The notes below the pieces were generated by a model, which had not been told where the DNA came from, ran no database searches, and was given only the letters and a program-made list of their open reading frames with translations. Position numbers and translations under genes: made by a program. 37,513 nucleotides of DNA, from NCBI GenBank assembly GCA_035623975.1, contig DASPSK010000270.1:1-37513 (forward strand), in the 5' to 3' direction. Positions 1 to 7,275 of the stretch are shown here, piece by piece; positions within the stretch are counted from its first letter, which is position 1, and every line of letters begins with the position of its first letter. The stretch comes from Acidimicrobiales bacterium (lineage in GTDB: Bacteria > Actinomycetota > Acidimicrobiia > Acidimicrobiales > Bog-793).

Positions 1-493
1 CTTTCTCAGTCGCCTCCATGAGGACACCGGTCAGCTGCGGGGCGCGAGAGTCGTCGGTGAGGGCGGCGCGAACCACTTGTCGGAGACCCTCGCCGAAATC
101 GGCCGCCGGCAGCTTGATGCCCTCGGACTCAGGAGATCCGAGCCGTGTGATCTCCGCGCCGAGAGCCACGCGTACAGTGAACTCGGCTTGGCCAGAGGTG
201 AAACGGACCTCCTCGTCGCCGCCTGCGACACTCACCGTCCCCGGATCGAACGACCTCACGATGTCAGAGACGAGACGACTCGGGACGAGCACGCTGCCGT
301 CGGAGTCGCCGGAAACCTGACAGCGCGCTTCGATCACGAGATCCGGGTCGGAGCCGACGACCTCCAACTGGTCGCCGCGCAGCGACAGCTGCAATCCAGC
401 GATTCCTCCCGCCATGCCCGATCTTGCTGCCGTAGCCCTGCTGGCTGTGACGACAGCCTCGAGGAGGCTGTCCCGGTCCGCTCGGAACCTCAC
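1..493 (-). CDS. dnaN: DNA polymerase III beta sliding clamp, N-terminal part (3' end runs off the window)
   Basis: The minus-strand frame is open from GTG (493-491) to the window edge; it is absent from the ORF track because there is no stop in the window. My translation VRFRADRDSLLEAVVTASRA...GDQLEVVGSDPDLVIEARC...VLVPSRLVSDIVRSF...DDSRAPQLTGVLME fits clamp domain I. GGAG lies about 9 nt upstream, and the gene is immediately downstream of dnaA. Confidence 0.85.
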   Translation of the reverse strand, partial: MRFRADRDSLLEAVVTASRATAARSGMAGGIAGLQLSLRGDQLEVVGSDPDLVIEARCQVSGDSDGSVLVPSRLVSDIVRSFDPGTVSVAGGDEEVRFTSGQAEFTVRVALGAEITRLGSPESEGIKLPAADFGEGLRQVVRAALTDDSRAPQLTGVLMEATEK

Positions 494-748
494 CGTTGGT
501 GACTCCTTCTGAGTTGTTAAAAAATTCGAGACAGTAGTAAGGGCTGTGGACTGTGGAGAAGCGTCAGGAAGCCCTGCTCACATCATTCCCGTCCCCGCGC
601 GAGATTTCCACGATCATGCACAGTGCCGCGGTCGAGCCGTCGACGGCTGGGGATGATGCCCCCGGCCGTCCCCGCGCGAGATACGACGATCCACACGGAA
701 TCTGCCCTGTGTCCCGCAGCTGTCCACAGTGTTGTCCACCGTGGTGAC
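494..748. other. oriC: candidate oriC (dnaA-dnaN intergenic region)
   Basis: DnaA-box-like 9-mers (consensus TT[A/G]TCCACA): TGTGGACTG 546-554, TGTGGAGAA 553-561, CGATCCACA 687-695, CTGTCCACA 720-728, TTGTCCACC 732-740. An AT-rich patch TTGTTAAAAAATTCGAGACAGTAGTAA lies at 514-540 in an otherwise GC-rich window. A 17-bp direct repeat CCGTCCCCGCGCGAGAT occurs at 589-605 and 666-682. The location matches oriC of Mycobacterium and Streptomyces. Confidence 0.55.
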
Positions 749-2227
749 TCATCCGCTGTTGCTCTTCAGGCGGACGATGAGCTCGGTGACCGTGTCGTAG
801 ACATTGCGACGTTCCTTCATGAGCCCGGAGATCTTGTCGTAGGCGTGTATGACGGTCGTGTGGTCACGACCACCGAATTCCCGCCCGATCGCCGGGTAGC
901 TGAAGTCGGTCAAATCCCGGAACAAGTACATCGCGATCTGCCGGGCCATGACGAGGGGCCGCCGCCGGCTCGGTCCGCAGAGATCCTCCATGGTGAAGCC
1001 GAAGTGGGAGGCGCTCATCTCGAGGATCTGCTGGGCGGTGATCTGGCGAGGTTGGCTGGCGGCCACCATGTCGGCGAGCACGATCTCGGCCGTCTCCCGC
1101 GTGAGGGGCTGGCGGTTCAAGCTGGCGAACGCGGTCACCCGGATGAGCGCCCCCTCGAGCTCGCGGATGTTGTCCCTCACGTTGGAGGCGATGAAATCGA
1201 GCACCTCGTCACTGACGACGGCGCCTTCGTGCTCTGCTTTCGTACGGAGAATGGCGATGCGGGTCTCCAGCTCCGGCGGTTGGATGTCAGTCGTGAGGCC
1301 CGAGAGCAGCCGGCTGCGAAGACGGTCCTCCAGGGTGGCGATCGCCTTGGGTGGCCGGTCCGAGGTAAGGACGATCTGCTTGGAAGCTCCGTAGAGGGAG
1401 TTGAAGGTGTGGAAGAGCTCCTCCTGAAGAGATTCCTTACGGTCCATGAATTGCACATCGTCGATGAGCAGGACGTCACACTCTCGATAGCGGCGGCGGA
1501 AAGCGCCCATGTCGTCCTTGGCACGCAGCGTCTCGACGAACTCGTTCATGAACGTCTCGGTCGACACGTAGCGGACGCGCAGACGCGGGAAGTTCTCGCG
1601 CACGTAGTTCCCGATCGCCTGTAGCAAGTGGGTCTTGCCGAGACCCGCACTGCCGTAGACGAAGAGCGGGTTGTAGGAGCGAGCGGGCGCCTCCGCCACT
1701 GAGAGGGCGGCCGCATGAGCGAAGCGGTTCGACGGCCCGATAACGAAGGCGTCGAAGGTGTAACGGGCGTTGAAGGGGGCGTCGGCGCCGGCGGCCGTCG
1801 ACGTCGGCTCACGGCCGCCATTGCGCGAGGCTCGATCCGAACGGCCCTGAACTGGGCCGTAGTTGTCCCGATCGAGCGATCGGGAGCTCTCGGAACCGCC
1901 GAGGTGCCCTGGGGGCGCCGAGCCGTCCTCGCCCGGGGGCGCCTCTGCCACCTCGACGTCGAAGCGCATGGGGTAGTCCTTCCCCGAGGTGTCGTGGAGG
2001 GCATCCTGCAGCAGGGCGGCGAAGCGGCCCTCGAGGCGTTCGCGCACCACGGCGTTCGGCACCCCCAGTACGAGGGTGCCGTTGGCCACCGCCAGCGGCC
2101 GAATGCCGGAGAACCAGGCCTTCCAGGCGGCTTCGGAGACCTGCGATCGCAGGGCCCCTGAGCAGTCGTTCCACAGTTGTTGGGCTTCTGTCACCAGCTG
2201 GGGCACTCCGGTCGAGATGTTCTCCAC
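749..2227 (-). CDS. dnaA: chromosomal replication initiator DnaA
   Basis: Walker [12 protein letters not shown], an AAA+ core (VLLIDDVQF) and a C-terminal DNA-binding domain ([40 protein letters not shown]). The track ORF 749..2884 is over-extended with an R/S/P-rich non-coding-like N-terminus. The typical N-terminus ..[24 protein letters not shown] follows in-frame GTGs at 2239, 2227, 2206 and 2194. I chose 2227, so the start is uncertain by about 45 nt. Confidence 0.9.
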   Translation of the reverse strand: MENISTGVPQLVTEAQQLWNDCSGALRSQVSEAAWKAWFSGIRPLAVANGTLVLGVPNAVVRERLEGRFAALLQDALHDTSGKDYPMRFDVEVAEAPPGEDGSAPPGHLGGSESSRSLDRDNYGPVQGRSDRASRNGGREPTSTAAGADAPFNARYTFDAFVIGPSNRFAHAAALSVAEAPARSYNPLFVYGSAGLGKTHLLQAIGNYVRENFPRLRVRYVSTETFMNEFVETLRAKDDMGAFRRRYRECDVLLIDDVQFMDRKESLQEELFHTFNSLYGASKQIVLTSDRPPKAIATLEDRLRSRLLSGLTTDIQPPELETRIAILRTKAEHEGAVVSDEVLDFIASNVRDNIRELEGALIRVTAFASLNRQPLTRETAEIVLADMVAASQPRQITAQQILEMSASHFGFTMEDLCGPSRRRPLVMARQIAMYLFRDLTDFSYPAIGREFGGRDHTTVIHAYDKISGLMKERRNVYDTVTELIVRLKSNSG

Positions 2228-2251
2228 ACCGGAATCCACAGGTGTGGATGG
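2220..2251. promoter_or_regulatory. cluster of three DnaA-box-like sites at the dnaA 5' end, two forming a palindrome
   Basis: TTCTCCACA at 2220-2228; ATCCACA-GG-TGTGGAT at 2234-2249 (7-bp inverted repeat, i.e. GAATCCACA / CCATCCACA facing each other). The cluster overlaps the candidate dnaA start codons. Confidence 0.45.
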
Positions 2252-2448
2252 CGGGCGAAGCCACGCGGACGCGGCATAGTACTGCGCCGTCGCGAAACGT
2301 GCCGAGGGACGGTCGCCCGCTGGGCCGCGGTCTTTCACCTGTTCAGCACGGTTGTTGCCGATTCCCTGGCCTGGGTGCGGCGTGCTCTTTCGGCGGAAGT
2401 CCCTGCTCAGGAAAGTCGCTGACCGTCGCGCGGCGATCTCGCCGGCGC

Positions 2449-2478
2449 TTGAATTTTTTCCTGTCCCCACGGTAGAGT
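2449..2478 (+). promoter_or_regulatory. possible sigma-70-type promoter for rpmH-rnpA-yidD-yidC
   Basis: TTGAAT (2449-2454), an 18-nt T-rich spacer, then TAGAGT (2473-2478), about 145 nt upstream of the rpmH ATG. Motif match only. Confidence 0.3.
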
Positions 2479-2622
2479 CACACTCGTCCCTCGCGGCGGG
2501 AGTTTTTCGCGTCCCGTGTCCAGAGTCGGACGGCACTGCCCGTAGGCGCACATGTCCGGCTGCGATGCGGGCCCCGTCGCGGTGAGTGGCGCACGGCGCC
2601 AGAATCGAACGAAGAGAACAAG

Positions 2623-2757
2623 ATGAAGCGCACGTTCCAACCGAATAACCGCAAGCGTGCCCGGAAGCATGGTTTCCGGCACCGCATGTCGACTCGCGCC
2701 GGCCAGGCGATCCTGAAAGCCCGTCGCCGCCGTGGTCGCGCGAAGCTCTCGGCCTGA
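2623..2757 (+). CDS. rpmH: 50S ribosomal protein L34
   Basis: 44-aa ORF, below the track's length cutoff: [51 protein letters not shown] lies upstream, and the gene is divergent from dnaA as in most bacteria. Confidence 0.95.
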   Translation: MKRTFQPNNRKRARKHGFRHRMSTRAGQAILKARRRRGRAKLSA

Positions 2758-2851
2758 GACGGCTGCTGGCCGCGACCCGACCCGACCCGTTCTGTCGCCG
2801 CTCCTGGACGGCGCGGGCAACGACTCCGAGGCTGGGTTCGAAGGCGTTCGC

Positions 2852-3193
2852 GTGCGCCCGGACCGCGTCCGTGGGCGTGCGCAATTTGCCGCCCTCCGGC
2901 GCTCACGGCGACGTGCCCGCTCCGGCCCGGTCGGGGTACACTACGAGCCTGCGCTGCCTGCAGATGAATCCCGCAGGGTCGCCTATTCCGTACCTCGCCG
3001 TGTGGGCCGGGCGACGGAGCGCAACCGGTGTCGGCGCCGCCTCCGTGAGGTCGCTCGAGAAGTCGTGCCGCAGGTGCCGCCCGGGGCCTACCTCATCGGT
3101 GTCGAGCCCGGTGTGCGGAGCGTCTCGTTCCAGGAATTGAGGACACGGGTGACCGAAGCGATGCGACGTGCGAGTGGGGTCGGCGAGTCATGA
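2852..3193 (+). CDS. rnpA: ribonuclease P protein component
   Basis: The motif [30 protein letters not shown] matches the RnpA RNR motif. The track start 2732 overlaps rpmH, so the first usable in-frame start is GTG 2852. The stop overlaps the yidD ATG (ATGA). Confidence 0.8.
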   Translation: MRPDRVRGRAQFAALRRSRRRARSGPVGVHYEPALPADESRRVAYSVPRRVGRATERNRCRRRLREVAREVVPQVPPGAYLIGVEPGVRSVSFQELRTRVTEAMRRASGVGES

Positions 3194-3411
3194 GTCGACC
3201 TGCGCGGGCACTCCTTTTTGCCATCCGCGTCTACCAGGGGGCACGGAGCGGTCGTCTCTCACCGTGCCGTTTCGTCCCCTCGTGCTCCGAGTATGCGGCT
3301 GAAGCCATCACCGAGCACGGCTCCGCCCGCGGCTCCTGGCTGACGATTCGCCGGCTCGCCCGCTGCCGACCGCTCGGTGGACGCGGGTACGACCCCGTCC
3401 CGGCCAAGTGA
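3190..3411 (+). CDS. yidD: membrane protein insertion efficiency factor YidD
   Basis: [50 protein letters not shown] is the YidD signature, and the gene sits between rnpA and yidC. Confidence 0.85.
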   Translation: MSRPARALLFAIRVYQGARSGRLSPCRFVPSCSEYAAEAITEHGSARGSWLTIRRLARCRPLGGRGYDPVPAK

Positions 3412-3418
3412 GCCGTTC

Positions 3419-4822
3419 ATGATCCTCGCTTCGGTTCTTACGACGGCGATCGCCCCGTTCGCGAGAATTTTCGGTTGGCTGCTGGCCGCTTTCTACAGCA
3501 TCTCGGGCAACTACGGCGTCGCCATCACCCTGCTCACCCTCGTGACGATGATCGTCGTGTTCCCGCTCACGCGTAAGGGCACGCGGTCGATGATGCAGAT
3601 GCAGCTGCTGACGCCTGAGCTGCAAAAGCTGCGCAACAAGTACAAGAAGAAGCCGGGCATGACAGCCGAGGAGCGGCGGGAGGTCACTTCTCAGCAACAA
3701 GAAGAGATGATGGCGCTCTACCGGGAGAACGGCGTCAGCCCGACGGGTGGTTGCCTGCCGATGTTCATGCAGTTCCCCGTCTTCATCGTCTTGTACAACA
3801 CCATCCGGGGCATGACGAGGCTGGTAAAGGGGCAGATCGACCCGGAGTTCATCGACAAGAGGACCCGCCTCTACCAGAACCTCATCCATAGCCACGGGAG
3901 GATGGAGGCCTTCGGCCTCAACCTCGCTGACTCGGTGCGGTCTCACCAGCCCCACTTGGTTGACGTCATCCCGTACATCGTGGTGATCCTCATCGCCGTG
4001 GCCCTGCAGTACGTCTCGATCTGGCAGATCACCAACCGCAACCCTCAAGCTGGCGCCAACCAGCAGATGCAGCAGATCCAGAAGTTCATGCCGTTGATCT
4101 TCGTCTTCATCTACATCGAGTTCCCGGCCGGTGTCGGTCTCTACTTCATCGTCTCGAGCATGTTCCGCATCGGTCAGCAGGAGTGGATGTACAAGAAGGA
4201 CCCGCAGATCCTCGAGTCGATGCGCAAGCTGAAGGAGATGAAGCTCAAGAACCCCCCGCCCGTCGTGCCCGCTCCGAAGAATTGGCGGGAGCGCTTGGCG
4301 GCGCTGGCGCCGCAGGCGGATGCCTCGCTCGAGCCGTCCGAGGAAGCGGTGCGCAACACGAGCAAGCCTATTCGCAAGCCCAGTGGCGGAGCCCGCCCCG
4401 GACAGCGTGCCCGGCCGGCAGGCTCGGCGAGAACGGGCCAGGGCGGCAAGCCAGGACAGGCGAAGCGCCCCGTCCAAGGCAGGACCAGCGGCTCCGGTCA
4501 GCCCGGCCAGCAGCCCAGGTCCGGCCAGCAGCCCAGGTCCGGCCAGCAGCCCAGGTCCGCCCAGCCCCGAGGAGGCCAGCCCAGGTCCGGCCAGCAGCCC
4601 AGGTCCGGCCAGCCCCGAGGAGGCCAGCCCCGGTCCGGTCAGCAGCCTAGGTCCGGCCAGCCCCGAGGAGGCCAGCCGACCCGCAACGGTCAGGCTCCCG
4701 CCGGTGCCGATGGGAACGGGTCCAAGCCGACGCGCCCTTCTGCATCCGGTAACGGGACCCCCGGCGCGGGCAAGCCGGCAACGGGCTCCGGGTCGACGCG
4801 CCGCCGCGGGAGGCCGCGCTAA
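3419..4822 (+). CDS. yidC: membrane protein insertase YidC (short actinobacterial type) with a repetitive basic Q/P/G/R-rich C-terminal tail
   Basis: MILASVLTTAIAPFARIFGWLL...YGVAITLLTLVTMIVVFPLTRKGTRSMMQMQLLTPELQKLRNKYK...GGCLPMFMQFPVFIVLYN; several TM segments. I preferred ATG 3419 over GTG 3377, which would overlap yidD. Confidence 0.85.
   Translation: MILASVLTTAIAPFARIFGWLLAAFYSISGNYGVAITLLTLVTMIVVFPLTRKGTRSMMQMQLLTPELQKLRNKYKKKPGMTAEERREVTSQQQEEMMALYRENGVSPTGGCLPMFMQFPVFIVLYNTIRGMTRLVKGQIDPEFIDKRTRLYQNLIHSHGRMEAFGLNLADSVRSHQPHLVDVIPYIVVILIAVALQYVSIWQITNRNPQAGANQQMQQIQKFMPLIFVFIYIEFPAGVGLYFIVSSMFRIGQQEWMYKKDPQILESMRKLKEMKLKNPPPVVPAPKNWRERLAALAPQADASLEPSEEAVRNTSKPIRKPSGGARPGQRARPAGSARTGQGGKPGQAKRPVQGRTSGSGQPGQQPRSGQQPRSGQQPRSAQPRGGQPRSGQQPRSGQPRGGQPRSGQQPRSGQPRGGQPTRNGQAPAGADGNGSKPTRPSASGNGTPGAGKPATGSGSTRRRGRPR
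4497..4680 (+). repeat. in-frame coding minisatellite in the yidC tail (18-nt GGCCAGCAGCCCAGGTCC units nested in about 54-nt higher-order units)
   Basis: It reads GQQPRS GQQPRS GQQPRS AQPRGGQPRSGQQPRS GQPRGGQPRSGQQPRS GQPRGGQP. The DNA units are near-identical. Confidence 0.8.
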
Positions 4823-4824
4823 CG

Positions 4825-5874
4825 GTGGAGTGGGTCGAGACAACCGGAAAGACCATTGCCGAGGCGCTGGAGGCCGCCCTCGACCGGCTCGGTGTGGCCG
4901 AGAGCGACGCGGAGATCGTCGTCCTCGAGGAACCGCGCAACGCCATGTTCGGGCTGCGGCGAAGCAACGCCCGTATTCGAGCGCGCGTGCGTCCCGTGCA
5001 AGCACGTGCCAAGAGACCGTCACGCCGAACGTCGAATGGTGGCTCGGCCGAGGGTCGTCCGCGCCGGCCCGCCGGCGGGCCCGGAGGTCGCGCCAAGTCT
5101 GCCGGGGACGATGCCAGCGTTGGGTCTGCTCGTGAAGGCGGCTCACGCAGCCGGACAAGTGGCGGCCAACCTGCCCGGAACCGTGGACGGGGATCTGCTG
5201 GCAGGCGCGAGCCTGCCAAGCCGGGAGCCGACGATGGCGGCCGGTCTCGATCGAGATCGCGGAGCGAAGCCGCCCAGCGCAACCGTCCCGCCGTCACAGA
5301 AGAGGATCGCCCGATCCGTGCGACCGGCGCTCCGAAGGAGGAAGAGATGAGTATCGAAGCCCAAGCCGAGCTGGCGGAGACCTTCGTGCGTGGGGTGGTG
5401 CACGGTTTCGGCGTGGATGCCACCGTGGAGAGCAGCATCGACGACGACGTCATCCAGGTTCGCGTCGTGGGCGAGGGCCTCGGTCTCCTCGTCGGGCCGC
5501 GGGGTGCAACGGTAGATGCACTGCAGGAACTGACCCGCACGGCCGTGCAACACAGATCGGATGAACATGCCGGTCGCATTCACGTGGACGTTGCCGGTTA
5601 CCGCGCCCGCCGGGCGGCCGCCCTCAAGGACTTCGCCCGGCGAGTCGCCGAGGAGGTCGTCGCGAGCGGGCAGGCGCAGGCGCTCGAGCCGATGAACGCC
5701 GTCGACCGCAAAGCCGTGCACGACGCCGTGAGCGAGATCCCGGCCGCCGCCACGAGCTCCGAAGGCGAGGATCCACGCCGCTATGTCGTCATCCGGCCCG
5801 CCGCTCAGGCGACTCCCGGTCAGGCGGACCCCGACGACGCAGGCGACGAAGAGGACGACGTCGACACGGAATAG
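4825..5874 (+). CDS. jag: Jag/KhpB-type RNA-binding protein (Jag_N, disordered RG-rich linker, KH and R3H domains)
   Basis: The N-terminus MEWVETTGKTIAEALEAALDRLGVAESDAEIVVLEEP is Jag_N-like. The C-terminus LLVGPRGATVDALQELTR (KH GXXG) ...LEPMNAVDRKAVHDAV is R3H-like. Conserved position after yidC. Confidence 0.8.
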   Translation: MEWVETTGKTIAEALEAALDRLGVAESDAEIVVLEEPRNAMFGLRRSNARIRARVRPVQARAKRPSRRTSNGGSAEGRPRRPAGGPGGRAKSAGDDASVGSAREGGSRSRTSGGQPARNRGRGSAGRREPAKPGADDGGRSRSRSRSEAAQRNRPAVTEEDRPIRATGAPKEEEMSIEAQAELAETFVRGVVHGFGVDATVESSIDDDVIQVRVVGEGLGLLVGPRGATVDALQELTRTAVQHRSDEHAGRIHVDVAGYRARRAAALKDFARRVAEEVVASGQAQALEPMNAVDRKAVHDAVSEIPAAATSSEGEDPRRYVVIRPAAQATPGQADPDDAGDEEDDVDTE

Positions 5875-5881
5875 CCCGAGG

Positions 5882-6649
5882 TTGCGCTCACCTACGGACC
5901 CGAGCAGGGCAACGGAACTGAACGCCTTGCTCGGGCAAGCTCGGGCCCGCGGCTATCTCGGAGACCAGCCTGTCCAGGCCCAGATCGAGCATTCGCTCGG
6001 GTTTGTGGCCGTGTCGAAGGCCCTCCTGAACGGGGAATCTCGGGAAGGCGATGAGCACGAGGTGGCCCTCCCGCCCGGGCGCCGCTGCCGCCTCCTCGAC
6101 CTGGGCAGCGGCGGCGGCATCCCCGGCCTGGTTCTCGCCCTTGCCTTCGCAGACATCTTCGAACGCATAGTGTTGCTGGACGGCTCCCTGCGCCGGGCCG
6201 CCTGGTTGCAACATGCCGTCGAGTCGTTGGCGCTTCCCTCCGGGGTGGAGGTCGTCGGGGAGAGGGCCGAGCTCGCCGGGCGGAAGCCACAGTGGCGCGC
6301 GGGGTTCTCGATCGTCACCTCGCGGTCGTTCGGCCGGCCAGCGGTGGCGGCGGAGTGTGCCGCCCCATTCCTGCGAGTGGGCGGCCACCTGATCGTCTCC
6401 GAGCCACCCTCCGTCGGATGGGCTCCCACCTCGAGCGAGCCCGGCGAGGTGGCCGCCCCTCGTGCAGGTGGTCCGTCTCCCCGGTTGCAGGAGCGCTGGC
6501 CACCCGATGCGGTCGGCGAACTTGGATTCGCCCCGGCTATTGAGTGGGCCGCAGGCGGGTATCGCTTTGCCACCCTGCAACTCAGCTCGCAGTGTCCGGG
6601 GCGATACCCGCGGCGAACCGGCATCCCGGCCAAGCGGCCCCTCTTCTGA
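5882..6649 (+). CDS. rsmG: 16S rRNA (guanine527-N7)-methyltransferase RsmG/GidB
   Basis: LLDLGSGGGIPGLVLALAF (SAM motif) ...IVLLDGSLRRAAWL...SRSFGRPAVAAECAAPFLRVGGHLIVSEPP. The track start 5783 overlaps jag, so I took TTG 5882, the first in-frame start after the jag stop. The start is uncertain. Confidence 0.8.
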   Translation: MRSPTDPSRATELNALLGQARARGYLGDQPVQAQIEHSLGFVAVSKALLNGESREGDEHEVALPPGRRCRLLDLGSGGGIPGLVLALAFADIFERIVLLDGSLRRAAWLQHAVESLALPSGVEVVGERAELAGRKPQWRAGFSIVTSRSFGRPAVAAECAAPFLRVGGHLIVSEPPSVGWAPTSSEPGEVAAPRAGGPSPRLQERWPPDAVGELGFAPAIEWAAGGYRFATLQLSSQCPGRYPRRTGIPAKRPLF

Positions 6650-6657
6650 CGCCTGGC

Positions 6658-6686
6658 TGTTTCACGTGGGACCATGCGGTGAAACA
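6658..6686. promoter_or_regulatory. parS: split parS-like palindrome: TGTTTCAC-(13 nt)-GTGAAACA
   Basis: The sequence TGTTTCACGTGGGACCATGCGGTGAAACA starts 8 nt after the rsmG stop. Removing 13 nt gives the exact consensus parS TGTTTCACGTGAAACA. An extra half-site CGGTGAAACA lies at 6774-6783. Confidence 0.4.
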
Positions 6687-6831
6687 CCCGCGGCCCACGG
6701 GCCGATCGACGGCGAGGGCTTCCTCGAGCGCCCCTACGCAGCCGAAGCCGGCGATGTTTTCCGTGCTACCTTACGGTGAAACAGCCGGAGGTGGATGGAA
6801 CCAGCTCTGCTGGAAGGGATCGTTTGGATCG

Positions 6832-7275
6832 ATGGCATCGGAGCTCGAGCAAGGCATACTCGTCGGCCTTCTCGTGGGCGAGGGGCACTTCGGCGGCGAC
6901 GGTCGCCAGCCGCAGATCACCCTCCGGATGCACATTCGCCATGAGTCGCTGTTCCATTGGCTGGAGCGGACCTTCCCCGGTGGCAGGCTGTACGGCCCGT
7001 ACTCCCATGGCGGACGGGAGTACTACCAATGGATGGTCCGGGGGGCGTACCTACGTGACGAGATCCTGCCGATGCTCGAATCGGCCATTCAGCCCCAACT
7101 GGACGCGCACACTCACGCCCGGCTGGAGCAGATGAAGGTCCGATACCCCGGTCGCCTGCAGGCGTCAGGCGCCGCGGCCGCCACCGTCCGGGATTCTCGC
7201 CGCCGAATCGGTTACGTTACGCCGGGAGGAACTGATGTGATCGACCCGCATGCCACGATCCAGACGGAAGACTGA
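6832..7275 (+). CDS. free-standing LAGLIDADG-type homing-endonuclease-like protein (single motif, 147 aa)
   Basis: MASELEQGILVGLLVGEGHFGGDGRQPQITLRMHIRHESLFHWLERTFPGGRLYGPYSHGGREYYQWMVRGAYLRDEILPML. LVGLLVGEG corresponds to the LAGLIDADG motif with an acidic residue at the catalytic position. GGAAGGGA lies about 12 nt upstream of ATG 6832. The stop overlaps the parA ATG (TGATG). The track's upstream extension to 6544 overlaps rsmG and is rejected. Confidence 0.65.
   Translation: MASELEQGILVGLLVGEGHFGGDGRQPQITLRMHIRHESLFHWLERTFPGGRLYGPYSHGGREYYQWMVRGAYLRDEILPMLESAIQPQLDAHTHARLEQMKVRYPGRLQASGAAAATVRDSRRRIGYVTPGGTDVIDPHATIQTED

Noticed and set aside
2830-2850. tRNA-like T-loop sequence GGGTTCGAAGG
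   Set aside because: The flanks have no complementary T-stem, acceptor or anticodon arms, and it lies within the rnpA upstream/coding region. I found no convincing tRNA or rRNA anywhere in the window.
2228-2884. N-terminal ~219-aa extension of the dnaA ORF in the track
   Set aside because: The extension is R/S/G/A-rich with no DnaA domain I features and runs through the rpmH gene and promoter region on the other strand. The typical DnaA N-terminus begins near 2194-2239, next to the DnaA boxes.
3308-5158. 616-aa minus-strand ORF over yidC/jag
   Set aside because: It is antisense to yidC and jag. Its sequence is dominated by R/P/G/L repeats that simply mirror the yidC minisatellite, and it has no domain signature.
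6544-6831. Upstream part of track ORF 6544..7275 (LAGLIDADG ORF extended to 243 aa)
   Set aside because: It overlaps the rsmG 3' end in another frame and reads through the parS-like element. ATG 6832 has an RBS and gives the motif at the normal distance from the N-terminus.
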